A stretch of 64,000 nucleotides of DNA from a virus: IMG/VR virus record IMGVR_UViG_3300045988_141143. One strand, written 5' to 3'. Below, in pieces: positions 32,491-42,199 of the stretch (positions are counted from its first letter, which is position 1; each line of letters begins with the position of its first letter). The translations under genes were made by a program, and so were the position numbers. The notes under the pieces were generated by a model that was not told where the DNA came from, did not search any database, and saw nothing but the letters and a program-made list of their open reading frames with translations.

Positions 32491-33777
32491 TTACTCACTT
32501 GCCTTGAAGAAGGCAGTAAGACCCATACTCATACCAGTAGCGGTGATGGTGATGGACTTCTCCTTGCTGCCGTTGCTCCAATGTGAGAACTTATCCTTTG
32601 TACCGTCCTTTGCCTCAAGAGTCAGGATCTGGTTAGGAGTGGTTTCTACGGCCTTGTCGTATTTAGTACCGTTGACGGTTACTGAAGCGTCGGTAATCTC
32701 CTTGCCTTCAGTTTCTGCGATAGTCACTACAAGGTTAGAGTTGGTATAGTCGCCAGATACGAAGTCAGTGCAGCGCAGCTCACCATCCGTAACAGCCAAA
32801 GCCCATGAGAATGGATTTTCGATACCGTAGCCCTGAATACTCTGACACTGGAACTGCAGGTCACGTGTATCGTTGTCAGAGCCGAGGCGTACATCGACGA
32901 AAGTCTGATTACCCTCTGAATCAACAGCGAACACGAGGTTGCCGGCAACAGAGAAGATGATGCGGTCGCCTTCACCCATACCGTCTACAGGAGCGATAGT
33001 TACCTTTGGCAACTCAGGAATCTTGTAGTTACCGTCTGCTACTACGTCGAGCTTGTGAGTACCGTATGACTGGAGAGCATAAGCATCAGAGATATTGATA
33101 GCAGTCTCTGTAGTCATGTAAGCGAAAATCTGCTGACGACGAAGACGTGGATCAAGCTTCATGTAAGCTTCACGGAAGTTCTTGTAAGCAGAACTATCTG
33201 TGGAAGACGTAGGAGCTGAGATGGCTTCACAATGAATGAGGTTATGGTTAGCCTCACTGATCAAGCCGTCCTCGATGTCATGGTTGATACAGGTAATCCA
33301 GCCATCAGCCAAGCCCATAGCCTTCTCCTCTTCGGTAGCGCCCTCGTGATCGTTGTCGATGTCACCCCACCAGGCGTTATTGTAGATGTCATCTGCATGG
33401 GTTTTGATTACGGCCTCTACAGCAACAGTAGAAAGAGGATAAGCACCCTGCGCGTCTGTACCATGGATTGTCTCGCAATATCTGTCGATATTATCAGAAC
33501 CATGGAACCAAGCGAGCTTGGCAGTAAGTACGCGCTCTTTCAGGAAGCCCACCTCGCTGTTCATCTTAGGATTGACATCCTTTCGGCGAGTGGTGCCACC
33601 TTTACGCAAGAAGATGTTAGTTGTACGCTGATACTGGATGCCACTGATAACTTTTACTCCAAGACGCTGCATATCTTCAGGAGCTGCATACTGTGGTCCC
33701 ATCACGACGCTTTTAAAAACTTGGTTAGCTACCTGCTGAAGGACATCAATACCAATAAAGTTTTTAGGTGTATTCAT
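32491..33777 (-). CDS. Major capsid protein candidate (428 aa)
   Basis: Immediately downstream of the protease-scaffold gene. Size and composition fit an HK97-fold capsid protein with an extra C-terminal domain. Not verified. Confidence 0.55.
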   Translation of the reverse strand: MNTPKNFIGIDVLQQVANQVFKSVVMGPQYAAPEDMQRLGVKVISGIQYQRTTNIFLRKGGTTRRKDVNPKMNSEVGFLKERVLTAKLAWFHGSDNIDRYCETIHGTDAQGAYPLSTVAVEAVIKTHADDIYNNAWWGDIDNDHEGATEEEKAMGLADGWITCINHDIEDGLISEANHNLIHCEAISAPTSSTDSSAYKNFREAYMKLDPRLRRQQIFAYMTTETAINISDAYALQSYGTHKLDVVADGNYKIPELPKVTIAPVDGMGEGDRIIFSVAGNLVFAVDSEGNQTFVDVRLGSDNDTRDLQFQCQSIQGYGIENPFSWALAVTDGELRCTDFVSGDYTNSNLVVTIAETEGKEITDASVTVNGTKYDKAVETTPNQILTLEAKDGTKDKFSHWSNGSKEKSITITATGMSMGLTAFFKASE

Positions 33778-33830
33778 AATACTTTACTTTTTAAAAATGT
33801 GAATGAAAGTTTGAAAAAATAGAAATGATG

Positions 33831-35552
33831 TTAGAGAAGACCATTATCACGTTTATACTTCTCGATAGCCTTCTTTGAGCCAACAGGATCTGAAGGGTTC
33901 CAAGTGGGGTAGGCTGTATGAGGTTCGGTTACCTGTGCGCCTTCTCCGTTGTTACCTGGTGCAGTTCCTGCCGCAGGTTCCTTGCCAGCCTCTTCGGTAA
34001 GGGCGGCTATCTGGGCGTCCTTGTCGGCAATGGTCTGCTCGGCTGTAGCGAGCGATTCCTTTGCGCCTTTCAGTTCCTCTTCGACCTTGGCTTTGTCGGT
34101 TGTCAGGGCAGCTATCTCCTCATCCTTCTTGGTTGTCAGGGCAGCTATCTCCTCGTCCTTCTTGGCAGTAAGAGTTGTCAGTTCCTCGTTCTTCTTGGCG
34201 AGAGTTGCAGCCGTTTCATCAGAAAGAGTCTTAGCTGCATCGTGTTCTTTCTGAAGAGCATCAAACTTAGCCTGAAGGTCGGCGAGCTTTTGCTCTGCTG
34301 TAGTGGCTTTCTGCTTGGCATCGGCCACAGCCTGCTCGTTGGTGTTCAACTTGGTTTCGAGAGAGTCGAGCAATGGAGCATTCATGAATGTGCCTTCTGC
34401 ATTGACTTCAATCTCGCCTTCCTTGATACCACAAGCAGCGCTAATCAATGGGTAATTTTTCATATCAATATGAGTTTGGTTAAAATTGTTGTTGTTATCC
34501 TTTTTTGAAGATGGAGCGGTTGTTGGCTCTTGTGCTGAACTGGCTACTGTAGCTGAGGTAGAGGCGTTCTTAGGCTCTTTTTCTGTGCCTTCGGTATCAG
34601 TACCTTGGTCATCAGTGGTGATTTCTCTCTCGATAGGCTTTGCTGTACCATTGTAGAGATCGAAGCAGCGGTGGATGCAGTCAAGGAAAGTAGATTGACC
34701 ATCCACCAAAATGCCCTTTGCCTCTTCGGCTGTGAATATCTTTCCATGGAGATGCTCCTTTTTAGCTTTCGGGCAAGCCTTCTTTACATCTCTGCGGAAC
34801 TCGACGCCCAGTTCAGCCAACTCTGCCACGAACTTCTTCGTATTGCCGTCGTTGGCAATATCACGGAACTCGCGATTCTTGTCATAAGACTCCGGATCGT
34901 AAATCTCGTGATAAGTCTTGTTGGTGAACTTGTTGGTACTGCCGTCGGCCTCAGTATAAAAAGCACCCATCACACCGATGCAGCCTACACCGTCCTTCGG
35001 GTGCATGTAATATCGCTCATCGCAGAGAGAGGCGAGATACATACCGGCAGAATAGCAGTCGCCATCGATAAAACACAGAACTGGCTGGCCAAGTGAACGT
35101 GCGTAATTGATGGCCTGTTCATAATCATTCTTAGCCCATGCTGTACCGCCAGGTGTGTCAATAATAAAGATATGACCACGACACAAAGGATGATTGGCTG
35201 CATTAATCATTATGTTACGATGATCGACGGAACCATACGAGCAACCGCCGCCATTGCGGGTGATAGGACCATCAACTGTAAGGACAGAGACAAAAGGAAA
35301 ATTTTGTGCATCATCATCTTTGAGAGCCCACTGACTTCTCACCTGATTACCATCCTCTGAGATCTGATATTCCTCGGGATAGTAGACGCATCCGTTCTCG
35401 TCTATAGCAGTGACAAAACCGCAAGTCTTCTGAGGCTTCTCGAAAGCAGCATGAGTGTTCAGGTTCTGCTCTAAGGCCTTACGTATTCCGTGTACGAACT
35501 CGGGGTTGATCATCCACTCCTTGTTGGTCATAATTTCAAAAAGACCTTTCAT
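33831..35552 (-). CDS. Head maturation protease (S49/SppA-ClpP fold) fused to a coiled-coil scaffold domain
   Basis: IFIIDTPGGTAWA...CFIDGDCYSAGMYLASLCD...VGCIGVMG matches the S49 pattern InSPGG / aaSaayxla / GSIGV. The C-terminal 200 aa is Ala/Glu/Lys/Thr-rich coiled coil. Confidence 0.7.
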   Translation of the reverse strand: MKGLFEIMTNKEWMINPEFVHGIRKALEQNLNTHAAFEKPQKTCGFVTAIDENGCVYYPEEYQISEDGNQVRSQWALKDDDAQNFPFVSVLTVDGPITRNGGGCSYGSVDHRNIMINAANHPLCRGHIFIIDTPGGTAWAKNDYEQAINYARSLGQPVLCFIDGDCYSAGMYLASLCDERYYMHPKDGVGCIGVMGAFYTEADGSTNKFTNKTYHEIYDPESYDKNREFRDIANDGNTKKFVAELAELGVEFRRDVKKACPKAKKEHLHGKIFTAEEAKGILVDGQSTFLDCIHRCFDLYNGTAKPIEREITTDDQGTDTEGTEKEPKNASTSATVASSAQEPTTAPSSKKDNNNNFNQTHIDMKNYPLISAACGIKEGEIEVNAEGTFMNAPLLDSLETKLNTNEQAVADAKQKATTAEQKLADLQAKFDALQKEHDAAKTLSDETAATLAKKNEELTTLTAKKDEEIAALTTKKDEEIAALTTDKAKVEEELKGAKESLATAEQTIADKDAQIAALTEEAGKEPAAGTAPGNNGEGAQVTEPHTAYPTWNPSDPVGSKKAIEKYKRDNGLL

Positions 35553-35642
35553 ACGGGTTTAAAAATTAAGATTGTGAATGTAAGTTATCCTGTAAACAAT
35601 TCTTTTTACCAAAGAATGTACTATGTCAAATGTTTCTGTTTG

Positions 35643-35650
35643 CAAAGGTA
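35643..35650 (-). promoter_or_regulatory. Candidate -7 promoter box TACCTTTG upstream of the protease-scaffold gene
   Basis: TAnnTTTG match on the minus strand about 90 nt upstream of the ATG at 35552. Confidence 0.4.
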
Positions 35651-35757
35651 ATAGATTGAAGGTAGGCAAAAAGGACAAAAAAACGCCGCTATCCTCACGG
35701 ACAACGACGTTGACAACTAAATACTATTTCTGATATTTAACGAATATATTATAAAAT

Positions 35758-36246
35758 TTATTCCAACTGAATAGGAATAAAATCGGACATTGCTTTACAA
35801 GTGGCTGTTATGGTTCTCGACTCCGAACTGTTTGTAGCAGTCGAAGATGTGGCAAGTCGGAAAGTATGAGCAAGCGTATAACAGAGCCAAAACGATTCGT
35901 CTCGCCTACGAAGTACTATATAATAGTCCTTACCCTTCATTAGTTTAGACGCTTCGCATACAAGATTACCACCAGTCAACACATTTACACTCACCTCAAA
36001 GGTATAAACAGTTCCGTTTCCACCTTGCGATGGAGTTTCTTTTGCTGTAATGCTGCTTGCCAATACCGTATGTTCTCCTTCAGACATGGCGATATGCAGC
36101 GCTGGCTCGGAAAAATTGCAGTTGTTTATCTGCATAATCTGAGCGACAAATGGCGGAACAGGGATAGAGGAATGTTCCACATCATGAAAGTAAACGTCGG
36201 TTACGCCATCGAGAAACGTCTCCCTACAATTATCTGGTACAAACAT
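35758..36246 (-). CDS. Hypothetical protein (162 aa)
   Basis: ORF with an ATG start. Confidence 0.4.
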   Translation of the reverse strand: MFVPDNCRETFLDGVTDVYFHDVEHSSIPVPPFVAQIMQINNCNFSEPALHIAMSEGEHTVLASSITAKETPSQGGNGTVYTFEVSVNVLTGGNLVCEASKLMKGKDYYIVLRRRDESFWLCYTLAHTFRLATSSTATNSSESRTITATCKAMSDFIPIQLE

Positions 36247-36318
36247 ATATATCGAATATTATAATTAAACTTTTAACTTATTTTACTTTTCTTATTAACA
36301 CATTTTTAAAGGCGGTAT

Positions 36319-37050
36319 TTATAGCCATTGTATCTCGTCAATGTGCATACAGCTTTCTTTTGCGTCGCCATACTGCATATCGAAACACGAAAACGACTTA
36401 TAATTGGCGTGTTCGGTACTCAACCAGCGGTTGACGATGCGGCGAAGATTATCCTTTTCTTCGGTTGTCGGTTCTATGCCATATCTCATTAAGTATCGCT
36501 CCAGCGCAGCAGCCCTGGAACGAGCTATCAGACGGCCTTTTGACGTGCAATAATCGAAAGTAGAAAGCGACCACTCCACAATGCTTCGCTTGAAGTCATT
36601 GTTTATGGATGTAAGCAGGCGACGCACACCATGGGTATCAATCGTCCAGGAAGGAGTAACCGACTTGACTACATCTACCATCTCCACCTCATTCGGAAGT
36701 TTAATGCAAAGATAATCTTCATTGTTGGTTTTAGCGTAATCAAGTTTACCGTTCAAGTATTGAACTTCGCCATAAGAAAGATATTGGTGAACATCTCTCT
36801 TGATGACAATACTTCCACCTAAAGGATGTCTGCCTTGCATCATGTTTCGCCACTGCTGTTGCGAAAAACAAGTCATATTGATTTGCTTACAATTAGCCAC
36901 AGCCGGGGTCAGTGAATTGCGCAGAATGAAATGCTCCGGCATATAACTGTTAAAGACCAGAGGATCACACTCGGACAATACGTGGTTAGGGTCTCGATTC
37001 CTGATAAACTGGCACCGACTCAACGGAAGCCGAAGATAGATATTTGGCAT
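36319..37050 (-). CDS. Hypothetical protein (243 aa)
   Basis: ORF with an ATG start. Confidence 0.45.
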   Translation of the reverse strand: MPNIYLRLPLSRCQFIRNRDPNHVLSECDPLVFNSYMPEHFILRNSLTPAVANCKQINMTCFSQQQWRNMMQGRHPLGGSIVIKRDVHQYLSYGEVQYLNGKLDYAKTNNEDYLCIKLPNEVEMVDVVKSVTPSWTIDTHGVRRLLTSINNDFKRSIVEWSLSTFDYCTSKGRLIARSRAAALERYLMRYGIEPTTEEKDNLRRIVNRWLSTEHANYKSFSCFDMQYGDAKESCMHIDEIQWL

Positions 37051-37099
37051 CTTAAAAAATGTTTACTTTTTACATTCAGATTGGCAAGAGGGTCTTTTT

Positions 37100-38077
37100 T
37101 TACCTTTTTACTTTTTTACCTTTACTTCTATGGTAGTACAACAGGATAATATCTGTTACTCTAAAGCAATAGTTGGCTGGATCTTTATCCGCTGTGACAG
37201 TACATCCCGCCTCTTTCATCACCTTGTCGAGCCTTTCTGTCTGACTGGGCGATAAAACTTTGACGAGCGATAAAGCATCTATATACGTTCCTCCACTTTC
37301 CGTATGCTTGATAAATTCCTTATCAAAATGGGTTTCATTGTAAAAAAACAGGTTAATGGCTTCTACCATCTGCTCTGCAGTATAAACTGGCAACATGGGT
37401 GTCAGTTTACGAAGCTTCTTGCTGTAGGTAGTCAAACGTTTGCTGAGGTAATCGTCGATACTGTCAGAATATTCAAAATACAGCTGTGCTTTAGGAGTGT
37501 TGTCATCCTTACCAATAACAGACTGATAAAAGCCACGAAGTTGCTGTATCATTTTGATAACACCGTCGAACTGATGGAACTCAGTAGTATTGCCGAAGAC
37601 TGCATACATATTCGACCTGACATCCTTCACGACGCATTCCAGCATGTCGGAAAGAAACGCTACCTTATCAAGGTTGAGTGACAATGTATCTACCTTCTCT
37701 TGCATACCATCCTGAGAATAATCTACAAAATATCTCAGTAGAGTACCGAAGGAGAAAAAGTCGAAGGTAACGTTGGAACGAACATTCGCCAACACAACGG
37801 AGGAATACATCGTATAAGCCAGCTCTAAATCGCGCTTCTGTATCTGCTTCACCAGATTTTGAATTTCCGATGAACCTTGCTTCAACCGACTTGCCACCTT
37901 CGCGAGGTTGTTGCGTCTCGTCATCAACTCATTAAAGTCAGGATCACGAAAGAGTAGGTCAAGCGACTCGGTATATTTCTCCAAAGGTACGTCTTTGAAG
38001 TTAATGGAATAAATGGTAGGCTGCGCATAGATGGCATCTATGCGCTTTGCCTCTTGTTGCTTTTTGCTTTTGCCCAT
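37100..38077 (-). CDS. Hypothetical protein (325 aa)
   Basis: ORF with an ATG start. Its 3' end (SKGKKVKR*) is encoded by the same A/T-rich motif as gene 27848..28375. Confidence 0.45.
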   Translation of the reverse strand: MGKSKKQQEAKRIDAIYAQPTIYSINFKDVPLEKYTESLDLLFRDPDFNELMTRRNNLAKVASRLKQGSSEIQNLVKQIQKRDLELAYTMYSSVVLANVRSNVTFDFFSFGTLLRYFVDYSQDGMQEKVDTLSLNLDKVAFLSDMLECVVKDVRSNMYAVFGNTTEFHQFDGVIKMIQQLRGFYQSVIGKDDNTPKAQLYFEYSDSIDDYLSKRLTTYSKKLRKLTPMLPVYTAEQMVEAINLFFYNETHFDKEFIKHTESGGTYIDALSLVKVLSPSQTERLDKVMKEAGCTVTADKDPANYCFRVTDIILLYYHRSKGKKVKR

Positions 38078-38156
38078 ATTAAAATCTACTATTTATCATA
38101 ACGTCCATTAATGACCAAACGGAAAACGCATCTTTAGCCATGATTATCAAATACGA

Positions 38157-38546
38157 TTATCTCTCGTCACCATCGCCGGCAATGACATTTCGCTGCTTGC
38201 GAGAGGCAAGTTTAGCCAGGTTTTCCTCAGCCACTTCTTCGAGCGTAACACCCATCACTTTTGCCAGTCCTGCTGTCTGCCAAAGAATGTCGCCGATTTT
38301 AGAAAGCATCAGATGGCGTTCCTCGTCACTGACGTTCCACACCTGTGTATGCAGGATCTTGCCTTCCTCGTCGCGCTGGGTAGTGGTGATATGCAGCTTG
38401 CCTTTGCGCATGTGCTTACCGGCTTTGCTTGCAAACTCACCAACCTCGCCAACGAGATTGGCAAGCATATAGAAGAGGTTGTCACTCTCAGGAAGACAAG
38501 TACTCATTGCCTTGTCCTGATATTCGTTTAATGTTAAATTTGCCAT
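38157..38546 (-). CDS. MazG-like nucleoside triphosphate pyrophosphohydrolase
   Basis: ATG at 38546 (MANLTLNEYQ...). EVGEFASKAG and GDILWQTAGLAKVMGVTLEEVAEENLAKL match the MazG EXXE / GDxLW helices. Confidence 0.7.
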   Translation of the reverse strand: MANLTLNEYQDKAMSTCLPESDNLFYMLANLVGEVGEFASKAGKHMRKGKLHITTTQRDEEGKILHTQVWNVSDEERHLMLSKIGDILWQTAGLAKVMGVTLEEVAEENLAKLASRKQRNVIAGDGDER

Positions 38547-38571
38547 GATATATATATGTTTATATTGATGA

Positions 38572-39468
38572 TTATATGTCAAACTCATCACAATACTGGC
38601 GCATACGCTCGATGATGATGTTGCGTATCTTCTCACCAATAATCTTGGCATTGGGATGCGGTGTGCCCGTCTTGCCATGATAGCGAAGGTCGAGAATATG
38701 GCTCCAGTCGGAAAGCGTATAGGTATATGCCACAACGGTATAGGTATCGAGAGGCAGAACACCTCGTGCGTCCTGCGGCTTCAAGCCGGACTTCAGAAGT
38801 CGGTTGTAGCCCCACTCGCATACTCGGCATACAAGGCCATAGACCATGCGCTGCCAACGACTGCCTTCTACGTGCCAATGCGGACGTGCTATCTGTACGC
38901 CTCCCTTCTTCTCTAAATAGCAATAGCGTGTGCTCTGTTCGGCGATGCTGTTGGGCGACGTGCGGTTGAGCTCACGCGAGGTACTTATCTGCGTGGTTAC
39001 TACCAGCGTCATGCGGATAATAGAGAATGCCTCCTCGCACTCGTACTTCAGTGCCTTCTCGATAAACTCGTCTTCGCTGACACCATACTGACTAAGCGTA
39101 TTCATTATGTCCTCGTGCTCAAGCGCAAACTGAGTATTGGTACTGAACCATACCTTATGATTCTTGGTGGCATAGTTGATGTAAGGCGATGCCTCCAGAT
39201 ATGCCCAGATGTGGTTAGGAAGACCCCTTTCGTTGGGCATAAAGAAATAGACTGTGCCGTGGCGAAACATCGAGCGATGTCCGCTTTCCCAGAAGCCTTT
39301 GCAGCGTTCCTCGTCACGCTTCTGGATGAAAGTTTTCTCTTCCTCTTCGGTCATTCCTTCTTCGGGCTGCTTGCCCTTTGCCTTGTAGCATATTCTGCCC
39401 ACTCTTGCTATATGTTGTGCAAGAGTAGTCTGCTGCCACCATTCTACTTGTGGTTCGATGAATTTCAT
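38572..39468 (-). CDS. ThyX-like (flavin-dependent thymidylate synthase fold) protein with a non-canonical signature
   Basis: SGHRSMFRHGTVYF aligns with ThyX GHETPFEH. SRELNRTSPNSIAEQSTRY aligns with ARQWFRHRIASYNELSGRY, so RHR becomes RTS. ARGVLPL aligns with ARIVLPL. Confidence 0.6.
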   Translation of the reverse strand: MKFIEPQVEWWQQTTLAQHIARVGRICYKAKGKQPEEGMTEEEEKTFIQKRDEERCKGFWESGHRSMFRHGTVYFFMPNERGLPNHIWAYLEASPYINYATKNHKVWFSTNTQFALEHEDIMNTLSQYGVSEDEFIEKALKYECEEAFSIIRMTLVVTTQISTSRELNRTSPNSIAEQSTRYCYLEKKGGVQIARPHWHVEGSRWQRMVYGLVCRVCEWGYNRLLKSGLKPQDARGVLPLDTYTVVAYTYTLSDWSHILDLRYHGKTGTPHPNAKIIGEKIRNIIIERMRQYCDEFDI

Positions 39469-39509
39469 TATGGATGAATTTTAATTTGTTATTAAAAGAT
39501 AGTGCATTC

Positions 39510-40016
39510 TCATATTTTCCGAAGTTTACTCAATACTCGTCGCTGCACCTTGTCACACAGACTTTCGAGCGAGCCGTTATTGAAGATTACTGCATCGTAG
39601 AAGAACAAGGACAGAAGATTGCGCTGTTGGTCGCGGTCTAAGCGTTCCTGCGACACCCCTCGGCGCAGTCGAGTTGCTTCCCATGCCGTCACACAAATCT
39701 TGAATAGCTCGATGTCGGGGAATTTCTCGCACAAGGCTTTCAGTCCGTCCTCGTCAATGACGTAAATAGCCTTGTCCGTCACCTGGTCGATGGTGGTCCA
39801 ATACTCATAGCCGCCATACTGGGTGTATGCCAACATCTTGTCGTGCGGTACGTCGCACTTCTCTACAAAATAATGCTGCCAACCGTCAATTTCGCCTTCA
39901 CGCTTCGGACGAGTGGTATAAGAACATATCACTTTATAGCCGCCCATGTCGGACAGCATCTGAGCCACAGTGTCCTTTCCTGCACCACTCGGACCAGTAA
40001 TTGTTATCAGTTTCAT
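39510..40016 (-). CDS. Guanylate-kinase-like nucleoside monophosphate kinase
   Basis: P-loop GPSGAGKDT plus TTRPKREGEIDGWQHYF, which matches the Gmk signature T-[ST]-R-x2-R-x2-E-x2-G-x2-Y-x-F. Confidence 0.7.
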   Translation of the reverse strand: MKLITITGPSGAGKDTVAQMLSDMGGYKVICSYTTRPKREGEIDGWQHYFVEKCDVPHDKMLAYTQYGGYEYWTTIDQVTDKAIYVIDEDGLKALCEKFPDIELFKICVTAWEATRLRRGVSQERLDRDQQRNLLSLFFYDAVIFNNGSLESLCDKVQRRVLSKLRKI

Positions 40017-40194
40017 ATATTTTTTGTTTGAATTTTAACATTTGAGCAATCAGTAAACAATCAGTAAACAATCAGTAGACATGAAGTAAATACGCATAGG
40101 CTTCACTCTTTGCGAAAATCGGGGCTTTTTTTGCCGTTTTTCGAGTTTTTGATTTAACACTTGTGAAAAAGTGTTTTTATGTGATTACGACCCT

Positions 40195-41280
40195 TTAGCC
40201 ATAGATTTCCTGCATATCCTCCCTCGAAAGTGTTACCTTGGCTCTTTTGCAAAACATGAAAAAAGTATTTGCTCTTACTCTTTCGTATTTTCCGAATGAC
40301 TTCCAAGGAGCCACAAAGTCTGATTCACGGTGTCCGTGGTTGGCATCAAAGGGACGGAAACGAGAAACTCGCTTCCACATATCATAGCCTTCATTCGGAT
40401 CGATACTGTATAAAGACATTCCGCATTTAACCCAGTCATCATAGTTTTCCATAATGTCAACAGCATTCTGCTCTACCTTACGTACAAGGACACGCGCTTT
40501 GCGCAAGATGATGTCGGGTGTATCATTTTCCCAATCACCAGTATAACCCGACCTCTGACCTGACGACGTATTTTCGTAATGCGTAGCAACTTTAGTTACA
40601 GGAATTAGCGATGGCAACACAGCCATATCTTCCAGTCCCTTATACGGCACCACATTTTCATTGATATATATATGTTCGGGATCGTCCCAGGAGGCGAAGC
40701 GCACACGACCGATGTTGCTGCAAGCCTTGTCGAGCATGATGCCGATAGCGGCATATTCTTTGAGCAGAGCTTTGAACTGGTCTTTGTGTCTTTCGGGATA
40801 GGCCAGACGAACCAGACCGAAATAACCAGTACCAGAGCAAGACCGCATCATTAATCCTATCTCAGGACGAAAACGGGCAAGCTTAAATATACTTTCAAAA
40901 TCAGTTATCTGAAGATTGTCCTGCAGATCAATGTCGATGGCGAGCCAGCCCGTGTGCTGTTTCAGGTGGCTCTCTCGTCGGCTCACCATGACACGCTGCC
41001 CTGGATGCGTCAGACTGTCATCTTCATAGAGAGCGAACAAGCCGCTAAGAGTGGCACCAGGTAACATCTTCTTGGTATTGATGTACTCAGGCATTTTCTT
41101 TGCCTTGCTGCCAAATTCCTGACGCATAGCACGAAGACGCTGCACATACGGCTTCCATCTATCCGTAAGACAGAACTCGCGGATGGTCATCTGCTGAATG
41201 CACTCACCCGTCTCGCGGTCTACGAAACGGCCATAAGCATCTTGGGCAGACTCATAAATAGAGCAAACTTCGTCAAACAT
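40195..41280 (-). CDS. VirE/BT4734-type N-terminal domain protein (replication/primase-associated candidate)
   Basis: GWLAIDIDLQ, SCSGTGYFGLVRL and ACSNIGRVRFASWD resemble conserved blocks of Bacteroidota VirE_N-type proteins. Recognition is from memory only. Confidence 0.4.
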   Translation of the reverse strand: MFDEVCSIYESAQDAYGRFVDRETGECIQQMTIREFCLTDRWKPYVQRLRAMRQEFGSKAKKMPEYINTKKMLPGATLSGLFALYEDDSLTHPGQRVMVSRRESHLKQHTGWLAIDIDLQDNLQITDFESIFKLARFRPEIGLMMRSCSGTGYFGLVRLAYPERHKDQFKALLKEYAAIGIMLDKACSNIGRVRFASWDDPEHIYINENVVPYKGLEDMAVLPSLIPVTKVATHYENTSSGQRSGYTGDWENDTPDIILRKARVLVRKVEQNAVDIMENYDDWVKCGMSLYSIDPNEGYDMWKRVSRFRPFDANHGHRESDFVAPWKSFGKYERVRANTFFMFCKRAKVTLSREDMQEIYG

Positions 41281-41457
41281 ATCTTAGTTATTATACTTAA
41301 TACTTTCACTGCAAAATTAAGAAATAAAACCTAAATAACAAAATATCTGGGGTATTTTCTTGTGTATTTAAGATATATTAAAAGAAATTTAATCGAAATA
41401 TCCCAGTTGTTTCACGTAATGATAGGTATTTTTGAGTGATGAGAAGGAGCATAAAAT

Positions 41458-42150
41458 AAAATGAGACCAAAAAGAAGACTCTGGTCTCATTTCTGTATCA
41501 AAAAGTCCCATTTTTCAAAAATGAACCAAAAAGCAAAAGTCCACTCATCCTATTTTTCTCCTTTTTAGTCCCATGATTGTCTCACGATTATCACCCTGTT
41601 GCCCACTTATTTCTTGCTGTTACTTGCTTACTAATTAGCTTTTTATATTATTTTGGTCTCAAAATGATTATTTTTTTTATAAACTAATATGCGCATAAGA
41701 AATAAAATATTTATCTAAAAGATATAAAATACAGCAAAATTGGCTCAAATCCATCTTATACTTTGCTCCATTTCAATCTTGTAAGTAACTTATTGTCTGA
41801 TGTTTACGGCAAAGCCGTTAATGCTACTAACTTCTAAATTGAGGTTAGGGGCTTTTGATTTTAGGAGAATAAAAAAATTACCCAAAATTCTGATATAGTA
41901 TGCTTAGGATTCATGAAAAATGCGACCAAAACCCTGAAATGAGACCAAAAATGCGAATAAAGTCCCAATAAATGAGACTGTTACACCACTACTCTACCCT
42001 GTCACATTCATATTTGCGAAATGCGACCAGATTATTCGGATTCCATATTGACTATCGTTTTATAGCCGTTCACACCTCACAGCGAAAGAGAAAAACACTG
42101 CGTTTCACAACGAAAAAAGACCACCACGTTTCACAACGGAGCGGTCTCAT
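41458..42150. repeat. Iteron-rich AT-rich non-coding region (origin/operator candidate)
   Basis: Nine copies of ATG(A/C)GACC. Six are direct at 41461, 41521 (degenerate), 41920, 41939, 41972 and 42021. Three are inverted at 41482, 41654 and 42143. Four AAAGTCC(C/A) copies; 12-bp CGTTTCACAACG x2 (42101, 42127). Confidence 0.6.
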
Positions 42151-42199
42151 CAGAAAATACTAACTAATAAATAAGATAAAGAAAATAAAATTCGTAAAC

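Noticed and set aside
41972-42163. 63-aa plus-strand ORF in the iteron-rich gap.
   Set aside because: It is AT-rich and low-complexity, sits on the opposite strand to all neighbours, has no promoter box, and overlaps several repeats.
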